64,000 nucleotides of DNA from Alphaproteobacteria bacterium (GCA_035906055.1 JAMIFV010000021.1:1810-65809), one strand, 5' to 3'; numbered from the stretch's first letter, positions 49,080 through 59,397 are shown. The notes: generated from the sequence alone by a model not told the origin. Numbers and translations are program-made.

Positions 49080-49082
49080 AAC

Positions 49083-49110
49083 TTGCCCGAAAAAAACCCG
49101 CCGCTATACT
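49083..49110 (+). promoter_or_regulatory. Putative sigma70 promoter
   Basis: TTGCCC-N16-TATACT upstream of the ORF at 49157. Confidence 0.55.
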
Positions 49111-49156
49111 GCCCGTTCTTTGCATAATTACCCTATTTGAATGAAGGATTCCTGAC

Positions 49157-50884
49157 ATGAGTAAACCAGCTATCGCCGTATTTGCTGTCGCCGCCGTAGC
49201 CGCCGGGGGCTATTCCGCTTACTGGTTCAAAAAATCGGAAGACTTCAAGCAACAGATGATCACCAACATCACCGAACTCAACGCCAAGGTGAAGCCCCTC
49301 ATCAAGGACGGTGAATTCCTGCGTTATGAGTCCGTGCAGTCCAGCGGCTACCCCTTTGCCATGAAGCTCACGCTCACCAAACCCGTGATGCAGCTTCCGG
49401 CAAGCGCTATAATGAAGCAGGCGCCCAAAGAGTCGTGGAAAGGAGATATCTCCCCTGAATTCGAATGGACCGAAGAACTCGGCTGGGGCGATAGCGTATC
49501 GCTCTCATCCGACGTGCTGGGCAGCAAGTTTGAAGCGACGCTCAACGGTGACATACACTGGAAAACCACAGCAGGCGGCACGGTTCGCCACACCATGGTG
49601 GCAAGCTCCGCCACGCCGCTCACCTGCGAACTGAAGACCAAACCGTCCGGCTTCCTCGTCACTTATCCGCAGTTCAAGGACGCAGAATCGTTCTTTGAAG
49701 CATTCGAGGCCATCAACTGCGGCTCCAGCGCCAGCGTGATAAAAGACGCCACCGGCGCTACCATCGCCACAACGGACAGCTACCGCCTTGGTATCACCAA
49801 CGTCATCAATGCAGGCCACCGCAACGCAGGCCTGAAGTATCAGGTCATCAACAACGAATACCTCGCGGCGGGTGACATTATCGTTACGAACTATATGAAC
49901 ATCGTCGCCGAGGCGTTCAAGCAGACGCCCCAGAAACTGACCTATTCACTCTCGGAAATGGGCAAGAACAATATCAATGTCGACATCGCCTATAACGGCC
50001 CCGACAACGCCGCCGCCATTGACAACCCCAATTCCAGACTGTCGCTCGACATCAACGCGCTGGACCTCAATTCGAACCTGCTTAATTCCAACAACAACCT
50101 CCATTTACTCATCGAACCGCAGGGTGACAACCGCAGGATCGCGCTCAAAAGTGATTCCAAGACCAACATCTCTGAACGCTATGACCAGATCCTGGCCGAC
50201 AATATCAAGTTGACGCTGACCGATCTGGCGAGCACAGAAGGCAAGACCGGCAAGGAACTGGACATCGCACACAGCGTGCAGAAATTCGGTTCCATCGACT
50301 CCCTCGTCGAAGCCGCCCTGCCCAAGCTGCACAAACAGGGCGATATCACCCTCCATGTGGACATGGAAGCGGTCGGCAAGAAGCTGGCCGACAGCTCCGA
50401 AGGCCAGGCAAAGATCAGCGCGTTCGACATCCTGACGTCGCTTTACGGCGTCAAGCTGAAAGGCGATCTGGCAGCGATCAAGAATCAGTCGGCCGCCAGC
50501 AATGTGGACATCACGTGCCTCAGCTGCGACACGATGATCGACGACATCGCCCGTTACTTCATCCGCTTTGCGAGCTACATTAACACCGTGGCTCCCGATA
50601 CCAGGACTCCTGTTGCTTCGCCTGATCTGGCCAACGGCGTCAAGACGTTCATACGCAGCGTCGCGCTCAACGGCAGCGATCCGGCAGCCAAGGACCTTAA
50701 TATCCAGCTCGTGATGAAGGAATCCGGCGATTTCACTGTCAGCGGCAAACCCGTTACGGAAGCCATGCAGTCCTACATGACCAATGTAGTGCCGCATCTT
50801 CCCAGGGAAGAAACGCCTTCCATCCCGCCTGAGCAGATGCCGCCGGAATTCCGCGAGCAGATGCTGAACCCGTCTGCACAATAA
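49157..50884 (+). CDS. Membrane-anchored periplasmic protein (DUF2125/YdgA-like)
   Basis: N-terminal anchor AAGGYSAYWF, then SGYPF.MKLTL.KP; SD aagga; family call from motif memory only. Confidence 0.6.
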   Translation: MSKPAIAVFAVAAVAAGGYSAYWFKKSEDFKQQMITNITELNAKVKPLIKDGEFLRYESVQSSGYPFAMKLTLTKPVMQLPASAIMKQAPKESWKGDISPEFEWTEELGWGDSVSLSSDVLGSKFEATLNGDIHWKTTAGGTVRHTMVASSATPLTCELKTKPSGFLVTYPQFKDAESFFEAFEAINCGSSASVIKDATGATIATTDSYRLGITNVINAGHRNAGLKYQVINNEYLAAGDIIVTNYMNIVAEAFKQTPQKLTYSLSEMGKNNINVDIAYNGPDNAAAIDNPNSRLSLDINALDLNSNLLNSNNNLHLLIEPQGDNRRIALKSDSKTNISERYDQILADNIKLTLTDLASTEGKTGKELDIAHSVQKFGSIDSLVEAALPKLHKQGDITLHVDMEAVGKKLADSSEGQAKISAFDILTSLYGVKLKGDLAAIKNQSAASNVDITCLSCDTMIDDIARYFIRFASYINTVAPDTRTPVASPDLANGVKTFIRSVALNGSDPAAKDLNIQLVMKESGDFTVSGKPVTEAMQSYMTNVVPHLPREETPSIPPEQMPPEFREQMLNPSAQ

Positions 50885-50894
50885 GCGCTGAGCT

Positions 50895-52190
50895 GTGCAG
50901 CCAGAGCCCCTCGCGTGGGTGTCCCCCCTGAAGGCGGCAGCACTGGCTGCGGATAACGCTACACACTGGGCGCTGCTCTATTCGGGGCAGCGCCTTTCCT
51001 TTACCGGGCGTTTTTCCTATCTGTGCCTGCATCCGCAGGAGAGCGTGGCCTACCCCGACTTCAGCCGCATCGCAGCGAAACTCTCCGCCAGCCGTACGCG
51101 CTTTGATAATGCGTGGTTCGGTTATCTCGGTTACGAGATGCTGCACGACACGGAACGCTTTGGCGTTAGCGCGCCGCAGTTCATCGCATTGCCCGTATCG
51201 TGCTTTACGCGTTACGGCATCATCCTCGCGTTCGACCACGACACCAGCACCCTCACCGCCTACAGGGAGCCGGACAGAAAGCTGCCGGAGTGGTTATACG
51301 CAGAACCTTTGCCGCGCGCATTGTCTCGGCCAGCGGTTAGCAGCATTACTTCGCCCATGTCGCGCGCGCAGTATCTCAAAGCCGTGGAAGACACCAAAGC
51401 GGCCATCGCCCGCGGCGAATTCTACCAGGCCAATATCACGCGCAAATTCACCGGCAGCTTCGCTGGCAAACCGGACAGCTTCGATCTTTTCCGCAGGCTG
51501 TGCGACGCAAGCCCCGCCGCCTACAGCGCCTATCTGCGCATGGGCGACATCTCTGTTCTTTCCTCAAGCCCGGAATGCTTCCTCACCGTGCAGCCGGGCG
51601 GGCGTATGGAAACCCGGCCGATCAAAGGCACCGCCGCACGCCTGGGCGATGCAGCCCAAGACCAGCGCCAGCGCGAACGCCTGCACACAAGCGAGAAAGA
51701 CCGCGCCGAGAACCTGATGATCGTGGACCTCATGCGCAACGACCTTGCGCGCTCCTGCGAAACCGGCAGCATCCTTGTGCGCGGCCTGTTCGAGGTGACC
51801 TCCTACGCCACGCTGCATCATATGTCCTCTACCGTTATCGGGCAGAAACGCAGTGATACTCCCACGCTGGAAGCGGTGAAACGCTGTTTCCCGCCGGGAT
51901 CGATGACGGGCGCGCCCAAGATACGCGCCATCGAATGGTGCATGCAGCAGGAGAATATAAGGCGCGGCGTCTATAGCGGAGCGCTCGGCTGGTTCGGCGG
52001 TGACGGCTCCTGTGACCTTTCCGTGGTCATCCGCACGCTGGCGCTGCAGAATGAACGGTTCGAGTTCCAGGTGGGCGGCGGCATCATTTCCGACTCAGAC
52101 CCCGAGAGCGAATGGCAGGAAACACTGACCAAGGCACGCGGCATCATGAAAGCGCTGGGCGTGGATATTAAAATATTAGAGAATATATAA
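50895..52190 (+). CDS. pabB: Aminodeoxychorismate synthase component I
   Basis: FYQAN, SSSPECF, PIKGT, KDRAENLMIVDLMRND, FPPGSMTGAPK, YSG..G. Confidence 0.9.
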   Translation: MQPEPLAWVSPLKAAALAADNATHWALLYSGQRLSFTGRFSYLCLHPQESVAYPDFSRIAAKLSASRTRFDNAWFGYLGYEMLHDTERFGVSAPQFIALPVSCFTRYGIILAFDHDTSTLTAYREPDRKLPEWLYAEPLPRALSRPAVSSITSPMSRAQYLKAVEDTKAAIARGEFYQANITRKFTGSFAGKPDSFDLFRRLCDASPAAYSAYLRMGDISVLSSSPECFLTVQPGGRMETRPIKGTAARLGDAAQDQRQRERLHTSEKDRAENLMIVDLMRNDLARSCETGSILVRGLFEVTSYATLHHMSSTVIGQKRSDTPTLEAVKRCFPPGSMTGAPKIRAIEWCMQQENIRRGVYSGALGWFGGDGSCDLSVVIRTLALQNERFEFQVGGGIISDSDPESEWQETLTKARGIMKALGVDIKILENI

Positions 52191-52195
52191 TATTA

Positions 52196-52646
52196 TGAGG
52201 GGGGTGTTGCGCCCACGCCACCGCTCCCCCCTCTAAAGGGGTCGTCGCTACGCTCCTCCACGCATACGGCTACGCACTGGAATCAAATCTTTCGTCATCC
52301 TGAGGAGCAAAGCGACGAAGGATATCCTTGTTGTGCCAGGTTCAGGACTCGTTAAATTCTTGCTTGCTTTTTCTCTCCCTTTGGGGGGAGAGGACGCGTT
52401 TGCCTTGGGTTTAGCTTTAGCTAAGCCCTTAGGCAAACCGAGGTGAGGGGGCGCGTGTAAATTCACCCTCACCCAGCTCCGGCTAAGCTGCTGCGCAGCA
52501 AAGCCTGCGCAACCCTCTCCCGCTTTGCAGGAGAGGGAAAGTCAGGAGTCTTGAACCTGGTCGTGAAAAAGGCTGAATGCGATTAATGAGTCCTGACCCT
52601 AAGGAAGCAAGAATATCCTTCGCTGCGCTCAGGATGACGAAAGATT
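52196..52646. repeat. Cluster of nested palindromic repeats
   Basis: 3'-UTR family copy 52196-52269; outer pair aatctttcgtcatcctgag 52286-52304 / 52628-52646; middle pair 52336-52350 / 52546-52560; inner ctctccc..gggagagg / ccctctccc..gagaggg element. Confidence 0.8.
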
Positions 52647-53538
52647 AAAACCTGACTTCGGCCAGTTTGCGCTGGATGAATTCCTTGAACACTTTCACGC
52701 GTTTGGAATGGCGCAGTTCCGACGGATAGGTGAAGAACACATCCGCCGAGGGGCCTTTGAGCTCGGGCAATATGCGCGTGATGCCTTTTGCGCCCTGCGC
52801 AAGGTAATCCGGCAGCGCGGCGATGCCGCAGCCATTTTCCACCGCATGCAGGATGCCGGTGAGGTTGTTGACCTTGAACACGGGCTTGCGCTCGGCGGAT
52901 TTCGCCTTGCGGCCCGCGCTGAGTATCCAGTTCATTTCGGGAAATGGCAGTTGCCCTTCATCGCCGTAAGTGATGAGGATATGGTTATCGAGGTCATCGC
53001 CGGTCTTGGGCACGCCGCGCAGGCGCAGGTAATCGTTCGACGCATAGATGGAGTTATGCAGCGTCACGATCTGGCGCTGGATAAGATCGGGCTGGCGCGC
53101 CGGGTTCAGGCGGATAGCCGCATCCGCTTCACGCATCAACAGATCGAGCTCGCGGTCGTCGATCAGCAGCGTGAGCTGGATCTCGGGGTAAAGCTCATGA
53201 AACTCGCGTATATGCTTGGTCAGCCACACCGTGCCAAATCCCACCGGCGCAGTAATGCGCAACGGCCCGCGTGGCCGGTCGCGGCTTTCCATCAGCGCGT
53301 TCTCGGTGGCGGAGAGTTTGGTGAATACGTCGGATACGGTCTGGAACAATATTTCACCCTGCTCGGTCAGCAGCAGCCCGCGCGCGTGGCGGTGGAACAA
53401 GGTCACCTGCAGATGTTCTTCCAGCGCAGCCACCTGGCGGCTGACCGCCGACTGGCTGAGGTTGAGCGCTTCACCCGCGCGGGTAAAGCTCTGCGACTGT
53501 GCAACGGTGTAGAATATGCGGAGTTTGTCCCAATCCAT
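52645..53538 (-). CDS. LysR-family regulator, LsrB/VtlR-like
   Basis: MDWDKLRIF, LSQSAVSRQV, LFHRHARGL.LTEQGE resembles the alphaproteobacterial LsrB/VtlR N-terminus; orthology not testable here. Confidence 0.9.
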   Translation of the reverse strand: MDWDKLRIFYTVAQSQSFTRAGEALNLSQSAVSRQVAALEEHLQVTLFHRHARGLLLTEQGEILFQTVSDVFTKLSATENALMESRDRPRGPLRITAPVGFGTVWLTKHIREFHELYPEIQLTLLIDDRELDLLMREADAAIRLNPARQPDLIQRQIVTLHNSIYASNDYLRLRGVPKTGDDLDNHILITYGDEGQLPFPEMNWILSAGRKAKSAERKPVFKVNNLTGILHAVENGCGIAALPDYLAQGAKGITRILPELKGPSADVFFTYPSELRHSKRVKVFKEFIQRKLAEVRF

Positions 53539-53811
53539 CGTAAAACCTCTTATAGAGCAGGATATTACTTCAAATTATCGAACTTTAAAGCGAAAACGGG
53601 GTAAGTCGCCTGTGCAAGCAAAAAGGCGAGCTTTGCCGTTACGCGCCACCATTCTTACATTTAGCAAATACAGGTTTTAGATGAATACATATCAAAGCAT
53701 TGATATAGAAATATAATATATTATAAAAATACAAGTAACAATCCTTCATAAAACTGTAACATTGAAGTGGTAGACTACACTTAGTTAACTACACTACGAA
53801 TATGTTTAATT

Positions 53812-54603
53812 ATGGCTGATACGAACCGCTCAGACACTACTACTGCGTCAAACTTCTCACTTGAAGCGTCGGCACATTATATAAAATGGGCATATACTTT
53901 CATGGAAAGATATTACCAACATAAGGGGAAGAAACTGGGTGATAGAACAGCTCCTAAAATCGCTATAGACCAGCTTAAAGCGTTAAATGTTGGAATTTCA
54001 AAAGTTCTTGATACTCCAGAAGCGGAGCGCGATGCTGCCATTGCCGAATTCAGTTACCAGAAGCGGGGAGAGATACCGACATTTCTTTGCGCCGCCCTTA
54101 CGTTAGCGCGGGCTGTTGCTGCAGATGATAAAAGCATTAGCGCCGTGACTGAAACGCCTGACAATCATGACCCGAGCCTTAAAGCGCTTACAAAAGAAAA
54201 TTTCACCAAACTTGCAAACGGATTAGCCGCAAGCCTGCGCTATTTTGGTGGAATGCATGCAAGATCCACAAAATCCCAGAGGACGTTCCAGCCTAAGCTT
54301 TATGGCAATGGCACTGATCTCCAAAGATTAAATAGCCGTATGAACAGTTCAACCATTCCCCTTATATACGGCGATAGTAATAATGTGGACGGAAAAAAGA
54401 TTCCATCAGCAATAGGTGCATATATGCTTTCGGTAGAATATGGTTTTCATGCCATATGCGATGCCTGTGGTGAAGCATTTAAGAGTTATGTTGATGGCTT
54501 TGATGGCATCAAATCTCTGGAAAGCAAACCAGCGCCTGACACTTCACAGCACTTCCAGAGCCTGGTGGCTGGATCTCGCAACGGCTCAATCAATAAATCT
54601 TAG
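53812..54603 (+). CDS. Hypothetical protein (263 aa, low GC)
   Basis: Long ORF in an AT-richer island; no motif recognised. Confidence 0.65.
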   Translation: MADTNRSDTTTASNFSLEASAHYIKWAYTFMERYYQHKGKKLGDRTAPKIAIDQLKALNVGISKVLDTPEAERDAAIAEFSYQKRGEIPTFLCAALTLARAVAADDKSISAVTETPDNHDPSLKALTKENFTKLANGLAASLRYFGGMHARSTKSQRTFQPKLYGNGTDLQRLNSRMNSSTIPLIYGDSNNVDGKKIPSAIGAYMLSVEYGFHAICDACGEAFKSYVDGFDGIKSLESKPAPDTSQHFQSLVAGSRNGSINKS

Positions 54604-54610
54604 GCTGAAA

Positions 54611-55081
54611 ATGAGCGAACCAACCGTAGCTGCCAATACATCAAACCTACCGGAAATTAATGTCTGGATGCCTACACGTGAATCGTATCCCGACAGCCCG
54701 GATATACAGCGCATTGAAACTGCGAGAATACTCAAGCTGCAACGCCATGCTGAAGGTATAAAACAGCTGATCGCTGATCATTTGCCTGGACTTGGCATTA
54801 CAAGGGCTGATCTGGTCCCCGGAAATTCCCCGCTGAAGACCGCTGAGGACTTCGACAGAGATTACACCTTAATACTTAATACTGGTAAAACATTATACTC
54901 TGGCGATGGCCCTAACTCGGTTACTCCCATAATCAGGGGTATTGAAGAACTGACACGGGATAAAACAACGGGTACCGCAGGGCTGGACGGTCACATACAA
55001 GGCAGAATTGCTGATTTCGATAAAGTTGTCTCTGATGCGAAGTTCATAAAATTTACACCGTTAAGGTTATCCCTTGCCTGA
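54611..55081 (+). CDS. Hypothetical protein (~156 aa, low GC)
   Basis: ATG 54611, 7 nt after the previous stop; overlaps the next ORF by 8 nt. Confidence 0.55.
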   Translation: MSEPTVAANTSNLPEINVWMPTRESYPDSPDIQRIETARILKLQRHAEGIKQLIADHLPGLGITRADLVPGNSPLKTAEDFDRDYTLILNTGKTLYSGDGPNSVTPIIRGIEELTRDKTTGTAGLDGHIQGRIADFDKVVSDAKFIKFTPLRLSLA

Positions 55082-56209
55082 AGCTCCCGCAGAACCCAAG
55101 CAGCCACAAGCCATTGCACTTGATGCGGATCGCCGCACCATTATGGAAGCGGGCGAACATATCGCCGCCGCAAACCGTGCCATTGCCGCCGCCAACACAA
55201 ACCCGAAAAACGGACAGCCTGTACCCGAGAATAAAACAATAGGCAATGGTGGCCAGGAAGCCATGAAGTCAATCAAGAACCAGCGCGACGCTTATGGCCA
55301 CTCTACTGCGCCTGTTATCGAGGGTTCTCAGTATTCCGATGCGCAGAACCAGCAACGTCTTGTCAACAAAGCAAAAGAAGCCAGCAAAGAACTCAGCGCC
55401 AGAATTAAAACCCTCGAAACAAGGCTTGTGGAAGAGAAAGAACCTAAGAAGCTTACACCAGCACAAAGGGAACAGGTCGAGATTGCAGTTAAAGAACTCA
55501 AAGCGGCACAGGAAACCCTTGACCCACTTGCCAAGAATGGCCCGACAAAAGCAACAGAACTGACTGACCGGGACAGGGCACGCGCTGATGAAATGGACAC
55601 ACTGCGTAGAGGAAATGCTCACCAGAGCGTTGCAGTCAGCCAGCTTACGCCTGAGCAGCGCAGAGAACGCGGAATGAGCGGAATGCTATTGCGCATAATG
55701 ACAACCCAAAAGAATCGCATCAGCATTCACCAACAAAGCCCAACAAAGCGACCGGCGTTGCTGCGGTGGCAGGTGGGGCAATTGCCTTAGGCACGGCGCT
55801 TGCGACCGGCGCAAGCCCCACGCAGGCTGCCGTGCAGGCGACAGAGGCCTCCGTGCCCGGTGCCGGTGCGTTCAATCTTGCCATGAATGGCAAGATTGGC
55901 GATGCCGCTGTGAGTCTTACCGATGATATTGGTTGCGCCATCGGGGCAATGCCCGGAGCTCTGGTGGGAGCAGCAGTAACCGCTGCAGGAGTGGCAACCG
56001 CAAACCCGCCGGTTGCTTTAGGCGGGGCAGCAATTATGGTTGGCGGCGCAGCCTTCGGATGCAGCATTGGCCAACAGGCATTTACGGACATTGCAAACAG
56101 TTTAAGAAATTACCTGAGCGGCGGCACAGAAACGCAGGTCGACCCTGCGAAACTCTCACCCACCAATACACCCGCCAGAAGCGCGGCGGCGGCGCAAGCC
56201 GAAAGGTAA
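55074..56209 (+). pseudogene. Probable frameshifted orphan gene (coiled-coil N-terminal part, Gly/Ala-rich hydrophobic C-terminal part)
   Basis: Frame of 55074..55790 degrades after 55680, while the 55766..56209 frame is open from 55655; one extra G at agcggaat (about 55680) would join them. Confidence 0.55.
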
Positions 56210-56219
56210 CCCCTCCCGC

Positions 56220-56636
56220 CTATTCTTCGTCTACGTACTGCTTTTCAAGCTTTTCGTGGCGTTCCTGCGCTTCAATGGTCATGGTGGCCACGGGGCGCGC
56301 TTCAAGGCGTTTCAGGCCGATCTTCTCGCCGGTCTCTTCGCAGTAACCGTAGGAACCGTCATCAATGCGGCGCAGCGCTGCGTCGATCTTGGAAATGAGC
56401 TTGAGGTAGCGGTTGCGCGTGCGCAGTTCCACGCCTGCTTCGGTTTCCAGCGAGGCACGGTCGGCAATGTCGGATTCGTGCCAGTTTTCTTCCTTCAGGT
56501 GGTCGATGGTTTCGCGGGATTCCTCAATCAGCTCCTTGCGCCAGCTCAGCAGTTTGGTCTTGAAATACTCCAACTGCTTGGCATTCATGTACTCTTCTTT
56601 TTCCGTTGGTTTGTAGCTGGACGTTTTAGCTGACAT
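56220..56636 (-). CDS. dksA: RNA polymerase-binding transcription factor DksA
   Basis: EEYMNAKQLEYF, DIADRA, YGYCEETGE.IG..RLEARP; ggaga SD before ATG 56636. Confidence 0.96.
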   Translation of the reverse strand: MSAKTSSYKPTEKEEYMNAKQLEYFKTKLLSWRKELIEESRETIDHLKEENWHESDIADRASLETEAGVELRTRNRYLKLISKIDAALRRIDDGSYGYCEETGEKIGLKRLEARPVATMTIEAQERHEKLEKQYVDEE

Positions 56637-56926
56637 GTGCGAACTCTCCCACAAATAACCGTATTCTAGAGGTTTCCCCGCCTGATCCTTAAGCAAAGGG
56701 AAAAGGAGGGGTTTTATAATGAACCCGGTGGAAAAATGCAACGGTTATCGGGTGGGGAGACGAGCTCAGAAAAAGGTGAATTTTTACATATTAATAACAG
56801 CACATTAGCCACACACCGCAAAAGACCTGACCGCCATCAATGTAAATAGCCTTGCTAGTGATAATCATTCTTAATATAGAATGATACAAGTGATCCCGCC
56901 GCAAGCAGCAGGATATTTCAGTTGCT

Positions 56927-57008
56927 GTCATCCTGTGCGAAAGCGCAGGATCCATCATACAGAATAACCGATGGCCTGACAGATGCTATGGTCAAGCCAC
57001 TGCATGAC
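56927..57008. repeat. REP-like GTCATCCTG-family element
   Basis: gtcatcctgtgc-gaaa-gcgcaggatc ... gcatgac. Confidence 0.65.
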
Positions 57009-57063
57009 GGGCGCACTGATATGACCCTTCAGTTTCATTCAACCAACATCAGGATATTCACGA

Positions 57064-58320
57064 ATGAGAACCACTGCCCTTTCCGCCTTCTTCGCCGCCC
57101 TTCTGGCAAGTTCCAGCCTCTGCGCCGCCGAGCCGCAACCTGCCAAAGCGCCGCTGGTCAATGTCTATGCAGACACGCCGCTCGTGGCCAACCACGATAA
57201 ATACAAGGCCGCTGCAAAAGACGAGAAACTCATCAATGCGTGGGGCATCGCCATACGCCCGGCGGGCGCGGGCGGGCATTTCTGGGTAACGGGCAAGGAC
57301 ATCAGTTTTGAGTATGTAGGCGATGTGCAGGCCTCGCCTGATGCTGCACTGCACAAACTGCATACCGATAATCTTACCCATGTGAAATTGCCGGTCGGCG
57401 GCGATGACAAGTTCGCCACCGGAACCGTGTACAGCGACAGCAAGGACGGTTTTGTCATTACGCAAACCATAGAGGGCGCCGAGCCGATCACCGCACCGGC
57501 GAAGTTCCTGTTCGCCAGCGACGGCGGCATCATCTCCGCATGGACCGAACGCAAGAAGGGCGACGGCACGTTCGACCGTTCGCATGAGGCGCTCTCCGTG
57601 ATCGACGAATCCGCTGCCGGTGTACAGTTCTTCGGCCTTGCGATCAGCCACGATTACTCCCTGCTCTATGCCGCCGATTTCGGCAAAAATCCTGGTATCA
57701 GAGTGTATGATAAGCACTTCAGGCCCGCAGCGGTGAAGTTTGATAATCCGTTCGACGATAACAGGAACGGAAAAGTGGATGCAGGCGAATATGCGCCGTT
57801 CAACGTGCAGGCGCTCACCACGCCCAGCGGCCAGCGGCATATTTTCGTCACCTATGCGATGACACAGGCCTGCCCGGCGGAGGAAGTGGCGAAAAAGACC
57901 TGCGCCGAAGGCGAGATATTCGCGGGTGAAGAAGACACGTCGCGCCCCGGCTATGGCAGGCTCGCGGAATTCTCCGAAGACGGCAAGCTCTATGCCACGT
58001 GGAATGATGAAAGCAGGCTTAGCGCGCCCTGGGGCGTGGCTTTCGCACCCAACGATTTCGGCGCGCTTTCCAATACGCTGCTGGTGAGCAATTTCGGCGA
58101 CGGCAAGATCGCTGCCTTCTCTCCTGAAAAACGCACATATGTGGACATGATGCGCAATGAAAGCGGCAAGGCCATCGTGATCGACAAGATCTGGGGCATA
58201 TTGTTCGGCAATGGTGAAAGCCTTGGCGACAGGAACGCGCTGTATTATGCGGCAGGGCCTGACGACGAGAAAGACGGCGTGTTCGGAAGCCTGCGCGTGC
58301 AACGCACCAGTTACTGGTAA
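57064..58320 (+). CDS. TIGR03118-family secreted protein
   Basis: Signal peptide; NAWGIA, APFNVQ, APWGVA.AP, LLVSNFGDG.I, LYYAAGP.DE..G.FG. Confidence 0.82.
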   Translation: MRTTALSAFFAALLASSSLCAAEPQPAKAPLVNVYADTPLVANHDKYKAAAKDEKLINAWGIAIRPAGAGGHFWVTGKDISFEYVGDVQASPDAALHKLHTDNLTHVKLPVGGDDKFATGTVYSDSKDGFVITQTIEGAEPITAPAKFLFASDGGIISAWTERKKGDGTFDRSHEALSVIDESAAGVQFFGLAISHDYSLLYAADFGKNPGIRVYDKHFRPAAVKFDNPFDDNRNGKVDAGEYAPFNVQALTTPSGQRHIFVTYAMTQACPAEEVAKKTCAEGEIFAGEEDTSRPGYGRLAEFSEDGKLYATWNDESRLSAPWGVAFAPNDFGALSNTLLVSNFGDGKIAAFSPEKRTYVDMMRNESGKAIVIDKIWGILFGNGESLGDRNALYYAAGPDDEKDGVFGSLRVQRTSYW

Positions 58321-58326
58321 ACGGCG

Positions 58327-58710
58327 TCAGCGCTTTTCCGGCGTGCTATTTCCTTCTTCGGACGCATCATCCACCGGCGCAATGTTAAGAGCGGTAGTAT
58401 CCGACATAATGCCCTGCTCGGCATCAAGCTGGATATGCATTCCTTCACCGGTGCCGCCTACTGTAACGGCTTTGCCTGCCTTATCGGACGCTTTCAGTGT
58501 TACGTCCAGCTCCGCACTGAAGTGAATGCCGTCCTTACGGAAGGCACTCACCATTTCGTTATTCTCCCATTCGGCTATATGCACCATGCCGCGCTCGAAG
58601 CTCTCGATGCGGCGCGGGTTGATGCCGTTCACGCGGCTGGAGAGGTCGTATACGTTCCATTTGAGAAGCGCGCGGGCCTGCCTGGATTGTTTGCCGGTGA
58701 GCTTATGCAC
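58327..58710 (-). CDS. XRE/HTH-type small DNA-binding protein
   Basis: Q.R.ARALLKW...DL.......I..FERG pattern; 2-nt gap after fliX. Confidence 0.7.
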   Translation of the reverse strand: MHKLTGKQSRQARALLKWNVYDLSSRVNGINPRRIESFERGMVHIAEWENNEMVSAFRKDGIHFSAELDVTLKASDKAGKAVTVGGTGEGMHIQLDAEQGIMSDTTALNIAPVDDASEEGNSTPEKR

Positions 58711-58712
58711 GC

Positions 58713-59159
58713 TTAACCGCCGGGGCGAGAGGCACGTTCAAGCTTGGCAAGCTCCACAGCGGCCCGGAGTTCGATGTCTTCGATAAGGCTCATGAGCCTT
58801 GGGTCTTCCACTTTCTGTTTCTGCAGCGCCACCACTTCGGTGAGGCGTTGCAGCAGGTGTTCGGGGACACTGCCGGTGAGCAGCCCCACGCGTAATGTCT
58901 CCAGCGCCTCGATCGTGCCATTGCTCTCCAGCACGGCGCGGCGGCGCGCGATCTCGTCGTCAGGCATTTCCTGAAGCGTAAGCAGCGCATTCATGGAATT
59001 GGCAGGCAATACGTCGGACATGGGCGCGGCTGCCGAAGCCGTCTCCACTTCGGACGCGGAAAGCAGCCCCATGAAATCACCGCTGCCAGCGGAACCTGCC
59101 GCCTTCTTTTTGGCAGTACCCGCAGTCTTATTGACAGGAGAGAACTCCGTTATCTTCAT
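58713..59159 (-). CDS. fliX: Flagellar assembly regulator FliX
   Basis: ALLTLQE, L..L..GLL.G, EIELRAAVELAK-like C-terminus; divergent from flgI. Confidence 0.88.
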   Translation of the reverse strand: MKITEFSPVNKTAGTAKKKAAGSAGSGDFMGLLSASEVETASAAAPMSDVLPANSMNALLTLQEMPDDEIARRRAVLESNGTIEALETLRVGLLTGSVPEHLLQRLTEVVALQKQKVEDPRLMSLIEDIELRAAVELAKLERASRPGG

Positions 59160-59272
59160 TCAACTATCGTCCTGTGCACCAGCTTAAAGCGTCTGTTTTA
59201 CTATATATAGCGTATAAATGGTAGCACACCACGCGAGTAATAGCAATCAGGGTAATCAAGAGCTTATGCCCT

Positions 59273-59287
59273 AGGCAAAAACTGCCG
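59273..59287. promoter_or_regulatory. Putative ftr (FlbD-type) enhancer
   Basis: aggca-aaaac-tgccg about 100 bp upstream of the sigma54 site. Confidence 0.55.
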
Positions 59288-59381
59288 CGAATGGTCACTG
59301 CCGGTACAGCCCGGGCTCAGCCGATAAAAGTCAGCACAACCAGCCAATTGAATAAGAACAGAAAAACACCCTACGCCCGCT

Positions 59382-59397
59382 TGGCACGAATATCGCA
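59382..59397 (+). promoter_or_regulatory. sigma54 (-24/-12) promoter of the flgI operon
   Basis: TGGCAC-gaata-TCGCA. Confidence 0.75.

Noticed and set aside
55660-55700. Programmed ribosomal frameshift in the orphan gene
   Set aside because: No slippery heptamer or downstream structure is evident; a 1-nt deletion or sequencing error is more parsimonious.
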